DNA from: Pseudomonadota bacterium
Lineage (GTDB): Bacteria > Desulfobacterota > Binatia > Bin18
Reading direction: 5' to 3'
DNA length: 60,249 nucleotides
Assembly: GCA_005804965.1 (NCBI GenBank)
Contig: SYOC01000311.1
Span: 1 to 60,249, forward strand
The notes below the pieces were generated by a model. The model ran no database searches, was not told where the DNA came from, and saw only the letters and a program-made list of their open reading frames with translations. Below, one piece after another: positions 44,694 through 53,120 of this stretch (the stretch's first letter is position 1; the number at the start of each line of letters is the position of its first letter). The position numbers and the translations under genes were made by a program.

Positions 44694-47108
44694 CTAGCGT
44701 TTCTCGTCGGCTGGCGGCGGTGACTGCGCACTTTGCACGCGCTCGATCATCCCTTTCAAGCTGCGGATGCGATTCTCGAATTGCGTAGTGATGGTATGCG
44801 CCTCCTGGCGATCACGGATGACATACGGCGTAATGAGAATAATCAGCTCAGTACGGTCGAGCTGCTCGCTCTCAGAACGGAAGAGACGCCCAAGCACAGG
44901 GATATCCATCAGAAAAGGTACCCCCGAGCGAGAACGCAGCATCTGGTCGTCGATAATACCGCCAATCAGCACCGACTCGCCATTTTGCACGACCACTGTC
45001 GTTTCTGCCTCGCGTGAAGTGAAACTCGGCGAGTTAGTGTCGCCAAAAGAGGCCGCTCCGACAGCGCTGACCTCTTGCCGGATCTCCATATTGACGAGTC
45101 CAGCGGAGTTCACTTGCGGAATGATGGTCAAGATCTTCCCCGTATCACGATATTGAATGCTGTTGTAACTACGCGCCGTGTCCGTCAACAAGCTCGTCGA
45201 GGTCGAAGACAAGATCGGCACCTCTTCGCCGATTAAGATGTGCGCTTCACGATTGTCGGCAGCGATGATATGCGGCGTCGCCAAGCTCTTCACCATGGAA
45301 CGAGAAGCCAGCGCTTTGAGCAAGACAAGGAAATGCCTCTTGTCAGTAATAAAACCGAAGAGACCTTGCCCACCCATGTTGACCGCGCGTTTCGAGTTTT
45401 GCAGGAGGGTATTGTCATCAATTGTCAGGGTACCATCGCCCGTCACCCCGGCACCTGGGGTTGTCCCATCGTTACCACCCGTGCCGCCGGTGCTGCCGAT
45501 GACCGTACCAATGACTTTATCAATGCCATTGTTGGCGATCGCATACTCGACCCCGAATTCCAATTCACCTTTGAGGCCGATTTCCGCGATCATCGTTTCG
45601 ATGAGTACCTGCCGCGGCACCACATCGAGTCGCCGCAAGACATCGCGAATCATTTCAAAGTCGCGTCCAGTCGCAAGGATGACGAGGGAGTTGGTGATTT
45701 CATCGGCAACGATGCGAACTTCTTCTTTAAAAATCGGTTTCTCACCCTCTTTCGGGGCAATGAGAATGGTCTGCATTCCACCACCACCGCCGCCATCAAA
45801 TCCCCCACCAAATCCGCCGCCGCCACTGCTCCCGCCATAGCCGCCGCTGGAGCCACCACGGCGGCTGCCACGACTGCCGCCGCCACTGCCACTGCTCAAC
45901 CCACTACTCGATCCCGAGCCGCTGCCAAACCCACTGCGACTCGAAGAACCGCTACGCCCCATCCCACCGCTAGAGCCACCGCTTGATCCTCCGGAACCAA
46001 ATCCTCCCTCACTGTTACTGCTACCAAATCCACCACCACCGCCACCACCGAATCCGCCACCACCACCGCCACTCGCAAACCCACCGCCGGAGCGACCACC
46101 ACGGCCTCCACTGCCACCGCTTCGGCTACTGCCTCCACCGCCACTCCCGTCGCCACCATATAAGCCGCTCAGGACACTCGCCAAGTCCGCAGCTTTAGCG
46201 TTCTCCACATGATAGACATGCACAGTGCGACCACCGCCACGCTCTGGCGGCACATCGAGAATCTGTAACCAGCGTTCGACTTGTACGAAAATCTCGGGAC
46301 TGAATCCCACCACCACAATCGAGTTGAGCCGGGGCAGCGGAATGACGAACACCCCGCGATCCGCAGCATTTTTGGGCGTGACACCAAAAGGCTCGAGCAC
46401 CCCTTTGAGTTCATCGCCGAGGTCCTCAACGTTAGCGTTTTCAATGTGATACACCTGCGAGCGCAATTCCCGGAAGGTATTGGTATCAAATGCCGTCACC
46501 AACTCTTTGAGCCGCGCCACGCTTTCCGCAAGGTCGGTCAAGACAATGAGATTGCCGCGTGGATACGCGATCACGTCACCCCCGGGCGAGACGAACGGCT
46601 GGAGCACTTTGGCAATTTCTTCCGACGACACATGCTCCACTTTCACCAACTCGACAATGAAACGATCTTCAGCCCGTGCCGAACGTTGATCGGCAACGCT
46701 GCTCGACAGAAAAGTGCGTGTCTTGCCCTCCCCTACCGGCGCGATCTGGTAGAGGTCTCCCATCTTGGTCGCGACAAAGCCATTACTACGCAGAATTTGG
46801 TGAAAAATAGGGAACAGGTCGCGACGTGCGATCTTCCCAGTGGTGCGAATCGTCACCTGCCCCTGCACTCGCGGGTCGATGCTGTAGTTGAGGCCCAACG
46901 CGGTCGCAAGGCTGTGAATGACTTCACGGATGTCCGCACCTTCAAAATTGAGCACGATGGCTTCATCCGTGTCCGCCCCTCCTGTAGACGGAGCAGCCGG
47001 CGCGGGCGGCGCTTGTGCGACACTCCAGGCCACGGGCGTGAGGAGGAAAGCCACGAGGCTAACGATGCATATATATTGAGTTCGCGTCACACTTTTCTCC
47101 CAATTCAT
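44694..47108 (-). CDS. gspD: Secretin (GspD/PilQ family) with a ~129-aa Gly/Ser/Arg-rich insertion
   Basis: It has a signal peptide, an N0-like IVLNFEGADIREVIHSLATALGLNYSIDPRV and the secretin core ...VVVQNGESVLIGGIIDDQ...SGVPFLMDIPVLGRLF. The insert spans aa 317-445. Confidence 0.88.
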   Translation of the reverse strand: MNWEKSVTRTQYICIVSLVAFLLTPVAWSVAQAPPAPAAPSTGGADTDEAIVLNFEGADIREVIHSLATALGLNYSIDPRVQGQVTIRTTGKIARRDLFPIFHQILRSNGFVATKMGDLYQIAPVGEGKTRTFLSSSVADQRSARAEDRFIVELVKVEHVSSEEIAKVLQPFVSPGGDVIAYPRGNLIVLTDLAESVARLKELVTAFDTNTFRELRSQVYHIENANVEDLGDELKGVLEPFGVTPKNAADRGVFVIPLPRLNSIVVVGFSPEIFVQVERWLQILDVPPERGGGRTVHVYHVENAKAADLASVLSGLYGGDGSGGGGSSRSGGSGGRGGRSGGGFASGGGGGGFGGGGGGGFGSSNSEGGFGSGGSSGGSSGGMGRSGSSSRSGFGSGSGSSSGLSSGSGGGSRGSRRGGSSGGYGGSSGGGGFGGGFDGGGGGGMQTILIAPKEGEKPIFKEEVRIVADEITNSLVILATGRDFEMIRDVLRRLDVVPRQVLIETMIAEIGLKGELEFGVEYAIANNGIDKVIGTVIGSTGGTGGNDGTTPGAGVTGDGTLTIDDNTLLQNSKRAVNMGGQGLFGFITDKRHFLVLLKALASRSMVKSLATPHIIAADNREAHILIGEEVPILSSTSTSLLTDTARSYNSIQYRDTGKILTIIPQVNSAGLVNMEIRQEVSAVGAASFGDTNSPSFTSREAETTVVVQNGESVLIGGIIDDQMLRSRSGVPFLMDIPVLGRLFRSESEQLDRTELIILITPYVIRDRQEAHTITTQFENRIRSLKGMIERVQSAQSPPPADEKR

Positions 47109-47902
47109 TCCTCATCCTCCTCATCGTCGCTATCGTCCTCATCCTCATTGTCGTCCTCGTCGTCGCTGTCGTCCTCGTCAGCATCCTCGTCGGCAGCGTG
47201 CTTACGAATCTGGCGCAAGCGCTGTTGCAACTGCTGAATGTTCTGACGAATCGCCCGAGCTTCGGCGGGAGGCTGAGATTCGGTCCCCGGAGGAGTCGCG
47301 CCGACGCGGGCTCCCCCCTGAGGAGGTGGTTGTGCGCCTTGGCGCATCTGTTGCGCGAGGCGACCAGGGCTTTGTCGCATCTGCGCCGGCATCAGCCGTT
47401 GAGCTTGCACGGCGGTGTTACTATCGAGCACAAGTAGGGGCATGCTGACTTCGTCGCCATCCTGCCCCAAGGCAAGCGTGGCTTGCACAGGGCTGACGCC
47501 AACCAATTTATACGCACCGAGCGCTTCGCCTTTTCTGGCGCGGACGACCTTACCTCCTTGCGAGGAATCGGCAAAGAAGGCTTCTTCCTTCCCCTGCGCC
47601 AGGATGACCCCGACTAATTTCAAATGCGAAGGCGGGGGAACCGCCGCTACGGCCTGCGCCGCCACCAGGGCACGGGTTCGACTCGGCACGAAGAGATCTT
47701 TATCAGCAATCACATCGGCGTAGCGTTTGCCTACCTGTGGAGAGAAGACATGTGTAGCCGGCAGTGGAGTTTCTTCTTCTACGCCGGACTGCCCGGCTGG
47801 TCGTGGCTCCTCCAATGGCCGCCACCACGTCTCGGCAATCCGCCACGACAACAGTGCCACCACAAAGAACAAGAAAAAGTGCAAAAATTTCCGAACGCGC
47901 AC
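47105..47902 (-). CDS. PilP/GspC-like inner-membrane anchored protein with a poly-Asp/Glu C-terminal tail
   Basis: GTG start. It has an N-terminal TM (FLHFFLFFVVALLSW) and a beta-rich core LKLVGVILAQGKEEAFFADSSQGGKVVRARKGEALGAYKLVGVSP. The tail is DEDADEDDSDDEDDNEDEDDSDDEEDEE. There is an ATGA overlap with the secretin start. Confidence 0.6.
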   Translation of the reverse strand: MRVRKFLHFFLFFVVALLSWRIAETWWRPLEEPRPAGQSGVEEETPLPATHVFSPQVGKRYADVIADKDLFVPSRTRALVAAQAVAAVPPPSHLKLVGVILAQGKEEAFFADSSQGGKVVRARKGEALGAYKLVGVSPVQATLALGQDGDEVSMPLLVLDSNTAVQAQRLMPAQMRQSPGRLAQQMRQGAQPPPQGGARVGATPPGTESQPPAEARAIRQNIQQLQQRLRQIRKHAADEDADEDDSDDEDDNEDEDDSDDEEDEE

Positions 47903-48633
47903 TATTCCTCCTGGAGGCCATCCGTACCAGAGGTCTCAGCCTCAGGTGCTGATTCGTCAGTTGGCGATGCATCATCAGTTGCAGCGGCGGCGTCATCAGC
48001 CTCTGAAGGGTCAGCCTCAGGATTGTCCGCTACTACTGGGGCTTCGGCTCCCTGCATTACACCGCTCACTTCAAGCGTAATGGTCAAAGGTCCACGGTTT
48101 CCCGTCTGAGCGAGGCGCGGGGTGTAGGCACTGCGTACCTCCAAGGTAGCAACTGCGAGTCGCCAATCACCGTACTCAACCCCAGCCAGAAAATTAGCAG
48201 CCGCTGGCAGATCGCCACGCAGCGTCACCTGCACCGTCGCCTTACGAAATTCGCCAATCGCTTCGTCGCGCATCACCTGCGTCGTCACCAGATCAAGACC
48301 ATTCTGCGACGCCAAGGTGCGCACCCGTTCTTGGAGGTTGGCTGCTGCAACCGAAGGCGTCGCTCCAGGAATGAGTTTCAGCCACGTCGTATTAAACTGT
48401 TGGCGTAGGAGATTGAGCCGCTCGCCAACTTGTTGGACGCGGGTACTTTGGCGCTCCATTTTGAATACGCGTTGCCAGTCTTGTTCCATTTCTTCCTCCA
48501 GAGCGGAGGTGTAATCCAAGTACGGACCGACAACGCCGTAGCGCACAACGACGAGAAACAAGGCCACGCCCGCAAGGCCAGCCAGCAATTGTTCGCGCGG
48601 AGAGAGCCGCTGCCACCACTGCGCTAGGCGCAT
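47902..48633 (-). CDS. PilO/GspM-like assembly protein
   Basis: The start is trimmed to ATG 48633 (MRLAQWWQRLSPREQLLAGLAGVALFLVVV). One TM is followed by a coiled coil and a ferredoxin-like part. The C-terminal tail is acidic and Ala-rich. Confidence 0.6.
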   Translation of the reverse strand: MRLAQWWQRLSPREQLLAGLAGVALFLVVVRYGVVGPYLDYTSALEEEMEQDWQRVFKMERQSTRVQQVGERLNLLRQQFNTTWLKLIPGATPSVAAANLQERVRTLASQNGLDLVTTQVMRDEAIGEFRKATVQVTLRGDLPAAANFLAGVEYGDWRLAVATLEVRSAYTPRLAQTGNRGPLTITLEVSGVMQGAEAPVVADNPEADPSEADDAAAATDDASPTDESAPEAETSGTDGLQEE

Positions 48634-50042
48634 GGCTCCACCTGCGCTCCGAGGGTAAAGGTTTCCCCTTGGGCAGTTTTGGTGAACGGGGCCTTGGGAG
48701 CCACGTTGCGTAAGCACGGCGAACTTTCGAGCAGTCCTACCAGTTCGGAGGCTGGACGCGTGGCCGCAGCCACACCACTCACTTCAACGTCACCCTCTTT
48801 GTAGCGAAAATTCGTGACATACACGTCGGTGGGAATCACTTCGGATAAGTTCTTGAGCAGAGGAACCACGCGCTTCTGCGTCGAGTCTTCAACCAGTTTC
48901 AAGCGCTCGATCAAGCGCGTGGCTTCGCTTTCCTGCGCTTGGACTTTCTTGACGCTAGGCTCTAAGTCCGCCGTACGCTGTGCCACCGCACTGAGACTAC
49001 GGTGCTGGTACACGATCACGCTGATCGGCCACACAAGTGCCAAGAGGCAGAGTAGCCCAGCCAAACCTACCGTGAGTGGAGAAAGCGTTTTCTCACGGTG
49101 GGCACGTTTCTCAGGCGGCAGGAGGTTGATGCCTACCACGTCCTCCCCGACGGCTTGGAGCGCAGCCCCTAAGGCCGCAAGCCCATCAGGAGGGAGAACG
49201 TCGGCACCGGCACCAGTAAACCGTGCGATGGCCAACGCCAGTAAATCATGCTCAGGGCTCGCAGAAAGAAGCGGAGCATCGGTAGTAGGGCAGACGAAGA
49301 TCGGCACTTCGTCCACGGCGTGCCCAGGCAAGTTCCGGGAGATGCCTTGGGCAATAAGGTCCGTCAGGATGTCTTCATTCCGTGCCTGGGCTTGCGAGAA
49401 CGTGTGGCTCGCCACCAAATGTTTTTTCTCAACGAAACTCAGCTCCACGGCACCGTGGGTGCGCCCGACCAGTACACACGGCCCGTCCGACAACGGGATG
49501 CAATACGCTGCCGTGCTGATAAACGCCGCACTGCTGAAAGTGACGGTCTGTGGAGGCAACTGCGCGGACTCGAGCACTGCGAGGTAGTCGTCCACCACAC
49601 GCCGAGGCATGGCCAATATCACAATTCCGAGACGCCGCTCTTCACCGCCGGTCTCATACACTAAAGAATCATAGTAGATTTCCTCTTTGGGCAGCGGCAC
49701 GAGCCGCTCGATTTCATACTCGACCACTTGCGAGAGCGAACCACGGGCCGTTTCAGGAATCACAAGCCGACTGACAAACGCCAATTGGCGAGGAAGGCAC
49801 ACGACGACTTGTTCCGGCCTCACCTGGAGTTCTTGCAGAAACAGCGCCAGGGCGTTTTCTAAAGCTGCTGTGCGTTCAGTACCAGCTTCGGGCAGAGAAA
49901 ATGAGCGCGCATGCAGGAGCGTAACGCGCAGAAACCGTTTAGAGATGTGGGCGAAGCTGACCTCATGGGCACCTATAGCAATGCCGAGTCCATTGACGTA
50001 ATCGATCTTGGTCAGCCCCTGTACTGTAGTAGCGACATCCAC
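48624..50042 (-). CDS. PilM-PilN fusion (GspL-like) assembly protein
   Basis: The N-terminal part is actin-like: GLGIAIGAHEVSFAHISKR...VVVCLPR...VEYEIERLVPLPKEEIYYD. After a central TM comes a PilN-like C-terminus: YVTNFRYKEGDVEVSGVA. Confidence 0.65.
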   Translation of the reverse strand: MDVATTVQGLTKIDYVNGLGIAIGAHEVSFAHISKRFLRVTLLHARSFSLPEAGTERTAALENALALFLQELQVRPEQVVVCLPRQLAFVSRLVIPETARGSLSQVVEYEIERLVPLPKEEIYYDSLVYETGGEERRLGIVILAMPRRVVDDYLAVLESAQLPPQTVTFSSAAFISTAAYCIPLSDGPCVLVGRTHGAVELSFVEKKHLVASHTFSQAQARNEDILTDLIAQGISRNLPGHAVDEVPIFVCPTTDAPLLSASPEHDLLALAIARFTGAGADVLPPDGLAALGAALQAVGEDVVGINLLPPEKRAHREKTLSPLTVGLAGLLCLLALVWPISVIVYQHRSLSAVAQRTADLEPSVKKVQAQESEATRLIERLKLVEDSTQKRVVPLLKNLSEVIPTDVYVTNFRYKEGDVEVSGVAAATRPASELVGLLESSPCLRNVAPKAPFTKTAQGETFTLGAQVEPCA

Positions 50043-50062
50043 CCGTCACGCCTCCCCTCGCC

Positions 50063-50536
50063 TTACCCTTCCCAACTTTTGATATCTCCAGCGATCCCCG
50101 TCCCGCCAGCTACACCATCGGCACCATACGACAACAATTCGTAGGGTTCACTATCACCAGGGCTCCGGTAGAGGAAGGGATTTCCCCAGCCATCTCCTGG
50201 CACCGCTTTTTTCAAGTACGGCCCATCCCAGCGGTCGGCCCCTGAAGGCCGCTCGCGCAAGGCGTCTAATCCTTCCTGCGTCGTCGGATACCGTCCGATA
50301 TCGAGGCGAAACGTGTCCAGTGCAGTCCCCAGCATTTCGATCTGCGCTCGGGTCGTCTTCACACGAGCGTTATCACCTTGTTTCATATAGTTGGGAACCA
50401 CGAGCGCCGCCAGTAGCCCCAAGATGACCATCACGACAAGCAATTCGATCAGTGTGAATCCTGCTTGCCTCGCCCCTTGTCTCACAAGCCTCTCCATCGA
50501 GGAAATTTTTTCTTGTCCCAACATTGCTTTCTCCAC
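50063..50536 (-). CDS. gspG: Type II secretion major pseudopilin GspG
   Basis: The prepilin site is QAG|FTLIELLVVMVILGLLAALVVP. The GspG-specific core is ARVKTTRAQIEMLGTALDTFRLDIGRYPTTQEGLDAL...WDGPYL...DGWGNPFLY. The true start may be an internal Met. Confidence 0.9.
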   Translation of the reverse strand: MEKAMLGQEKISSMERLVRQGARQAGFTLIELLVVMVILGLLAALVVPNYMKQGDNARVKTTRAQIEMLGTALDTFRLDIGRYPTTQEGLDALRERPSGADRWDGPYLKKAVPGDGWGNPFLYRSPGDSEPYELLSYGADGVAGGTGIAGDIKSWEG

Positions 50537-50547
50537 TTTCAGCCTCG

Positions 50548-51780
50548 TTAGATCGACACATTATTGATGCTGAACACCGCCGACAGCATGGAAATCACCA
50601 CAAACCCTACCGCCAGACCCATGACGAGAATCAAGACTGGCTCTAACAGCGAGGTCAGCCGTTTCACCTGCATGAAGGTATCACGCTCGTAATACTCGGC
50701 CACGCGCATGAGCATTTCGTCGAGCCTCCCGGTTTCTTCGCCGACACTCACCATTTGCAAGGCTAAGGTGGGAAAGACGCCGCTCCGTCCCAACGGCCCA
50801 GAAATCCCTTGCCCTTCGCGCACTCCCACCCGGACATCCTTGAGTGCTCGGCTGACCATCTCATTGCCGACGATATCTTGCACAACTTCGAGCGCTTGGA
50901 GAAGTGGCACCCCACTTTTGAGCAACGTACCTAACGTGCGGGCGAATCGCCCGACTTCCATTTTCGTGATCAATTGCCCCATCAACCACATGCGCAACCG
51001 CCAGCGGTCCCAGAGCAAGCGTCCTTGGGGGGTTGCTAGGTATTGGCGGATACCTAACCAGACGCCTACGCCGATCATCAGCAACAACCACCAGTAGGAC
51101 TGCAAGCCTTCACTAATCCCCAATAAGATGCGCGTCGAGGTCGGCAGCGCTTGCCCGAGGTCGCCAAAGATGGAAGAAAACTTCGGCAAGACGTAGGTGA
51201 GTAAGATGAGGATCGACGCGCCGCCGGTGAAGGAGAGCAGCACCGGATAGGTGAGTGCAGATTTGATTTCATCCTGCACTTGCTGAGACCGATCCATATA
51301 CTCGGCCAATCGCTGCAAGGCAGTTTCCAAGAACCCCCCAACCTCACCAGCTTTCACCATATTGATGTAGAGGGGCGGAAAAATCTTCGGATACTCGGCG
51401 AGCGCTTCGGCAAGAGATTTCCCTTGTTGCACGGCACGTAAGATCTGGCTCACGGCTTTCTTCAATTCCTCTTTCGCCGTGAGTCCGTTCAGTACGGACA
51501 AGGCGCGGTCGAGAGGCAAGCCTGAAGAAATCAACGTGGCTAATTCTTGTGTCAGCACGAGCAAGTCGCGTTGGCGTATTTTGCCACGGAACGAGAGTTC
51601 TGGGAGTGCCAGTCGCGAGAACGTCGCCTTGGCCTTTACTTGGCCAGGCAAGCCAATGCGCAGCGGAAGATAGCCCTGATCGTGGAGCCGAGCCACCACG
51701 GTTCGCTCTTCGCCAGCCTCCATGACGCCTTCAATAATTTGCCCTTGTGGCGTGGTCGCTTGGTAGTGAAACTGCGGCAT
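50548..51780 (-). CDS. gspF: Type II secretion / type IV pilus platform protein GspF/PilC
   Basis: 410 aa with duplicated T2SSF domains (...LATLISSGLPLDRAL... and ...LGTLLKSGVPLLQAL...) and three TM segments. Confidence 0.9.
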   Translation of the reverse strand: MPQFHYQATTPQGQIIEGVMEAGEERTVVARLHDQGYLPLRIGLPGQVKAKATFSRLALPELSFRGKIRQRDLLVLTQELATLISSGLPLDRALSVLNGLTAKEELKKAVSQILRAVQQGKSLAEALAEYPKIFPPLYINMVKAGEVGGFLETALQRLAEYMDRSQQVQDEIKSALTYPVLLSFTGGASILILLTYVLPKFSSIFGDLGQALPTSTRILLGISEGLQSYWWLLLMIGVGVWLGIRQYLATPQGRLLWDRWRLRMWLMGQLITKMEVGRFARTLGTLLKSGVPLLQALEVVQDIVGNEMVSRALKDVRVGVREGQGISGPLGRSGVFPTLALQMVSVGEETGRLDEMLMRVAEYYERDTFMQVKRLTSLLEPVLILVMGLAVGFVVISMLSAVFSINNVSI

Positions 51781-51801
51781 GATGCTATCCTCGCTGGGTC
51801 A

Positions 51802-53064
51802 TTATATGCGGCCACGACTGGTTTCATCGTGCATCCGCCGGTAGCGCGGGAGGATGTGCGTGCCAAAGGTTTCGAGCTGCCGCTTGAGTTCAGCTCGCGG
51901 CAGCAAGCCTTGATCAAACAGCCAAGCAAACCATTCGGGATTTGCGGTTTCCACCATTTCGTCCATTCCTTCGGTAACTGCGCTAACTGAACCAGCAAAC
52001 AAGTACTGCGAACGCAACATGCGTTCAACCGTCCACTCCCGAGGAGGCAGAGGCTGCTGTGGATAATTGAACTCATCTTCGGGAAAGCGAAACGCCTCCC
52101 AAAAGCCAAAATGCCCCCAGAACCGTTGGTAGCCAACACCGACCAGACCTTGAGCAGCGAGGCGCTCGACTGCACGCGGCGAATCGGCAAAGTAGATCTG
52201 TCGCAACACACCCACACCTTCTCCGAGAGCCAGCCAGCGACCAGCGCGGCCAGCCTCTTCCATGTAGATACGAGCCAAGTGCCGTAATTGTTCAGACCGC
52301 GACAAAAGAATCATCGGAGTAATGTTCTCGCGGGCGCACCAGCGGATGGTCGATTCGCTGGTCGAGAACGCCTGAAAGAGCGGTGGATGCGGCTTTTGGT
52401 AGGGTTTAGGAACCACGGCAATCTTCTGAATGCGCCCTTGGGCGTCAACTTCGCCGGGCGCACCATATTTGCGCGTCCAGATATGCGGCGGCCACGGCGT
52501 GCCCGTCTCGTAGGGATAGGGATACTCGTAGAACTCGCCGCGAAAGCGAAAGGGTTCGTCACCCCAGGCGAGTTTGAGGAGTTGATAGGCCTCTTCGAAT
52601 GCCCGCCGGTTGGTTTCGTCAGGTTCGGAGCGGTCGCCGGTCGCTGCAGAGATATGAATTTTCTGCGCCATTTGGTCGAGCCAACGTTGCTGATAGCCGC
52701 GCGCCAAGCCGACAAACGAGCGCCCTGCCGTCAACTGATCCAACCAAGCGGTGGTAATCGCCAAGCGCAACGGGTCCCAGCTTGGCAGCACATAGCCAAT
52801 GGGGCCAACTTTGATGCGTTTGGTCTGCATGGCGACATACAGCAAAAACTCGGGCGGACCGCCGATCTCGAACCCTTCGCTGTGTAGATGATGCTCGGGA
52901 AACGCCACGGCATCGAAGCCGACCTGCTCAGCCAGTTGCGCGATTTCCGTGACTTCCTCGATCATGGCTTGCCAACGATCTGTCCGGCTGGCAATGGGAC
53001 GCAGGCGCTTTCTTTCCGCTAAAGTGGCGGGAATCGTCGGCAGGAGGAAGAGGATAAATTTCAT
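51802..53064 (-). CDS. LLM-class (luciferase-like) flavin-dependent oxidoreductase
   Basis: MKFILFLLP...AQLAEQVGFDAVAFPEHH... has the TIM-barrel LLM pattern. Length is 420 aa. Confidence 0.75.
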   Translation of the reverse strand: MKFILFLLPTIPATLAERKRLRPIASRTDRWQAMIEEVTEIAQLAEQVGFDAVAFPEHHLHSEGFEIGGPPEFLLYVAMQTKRIKVGPIGYVLPSWDPLRLAITTAWLDQLTAGRSFVGLARGYQQRWLDQMAQKIHISAATGDRSEPDETNRRAFEEAYQLLKLAWGDEPFRFRGEFYEYPYPYETGTPWPPHIWTRKYGAPGEVDAQGRIQKIAVVPKPYQKPHPPLFQAFSTSESTIRWCARENITPMILLSRSEQLRHLARIYMEEAGRAGRWLALGEGVGVLRQIYFADSPRAVERLAAQGLVGVGYQRFWGHFGFWEAFRFPEDEFNYPQQPLPPREWTVERMLRSQYLFAGSVSAVTEGMDEMVETANPEWFAWLFDQGLLPRAELKRQLETFGTHILPRYRRMHDETSRGRI

Positions 53065-53120
53065 AGGCGCGTCGAAGTTTCGTCAGTGACCGTGTACTGT
53101 AGCTGAATTTTCCCCAACAT

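Noticed and set aside
45178-46198. Several ORFs on both strands inside the secretin Gly/Ser region (for example 45240..45986 +, 45896..46159 -).
   Set aside because: They are frame artefacts of the low-complexity GGC/AGC-rich insert. The secretin frame is continuous through flanking conserved domains.
46281-47237. A 318-aa plus-strand ORF ending in poly-Ser (SSSSLSSSS...).
   Set aside because: It is antisense to the secretin N-terminus and to the poly-Asp/Glu tail, because GAC/GAG/GAA codons read backwards give Ser/Leu-type codons. It has no start context.
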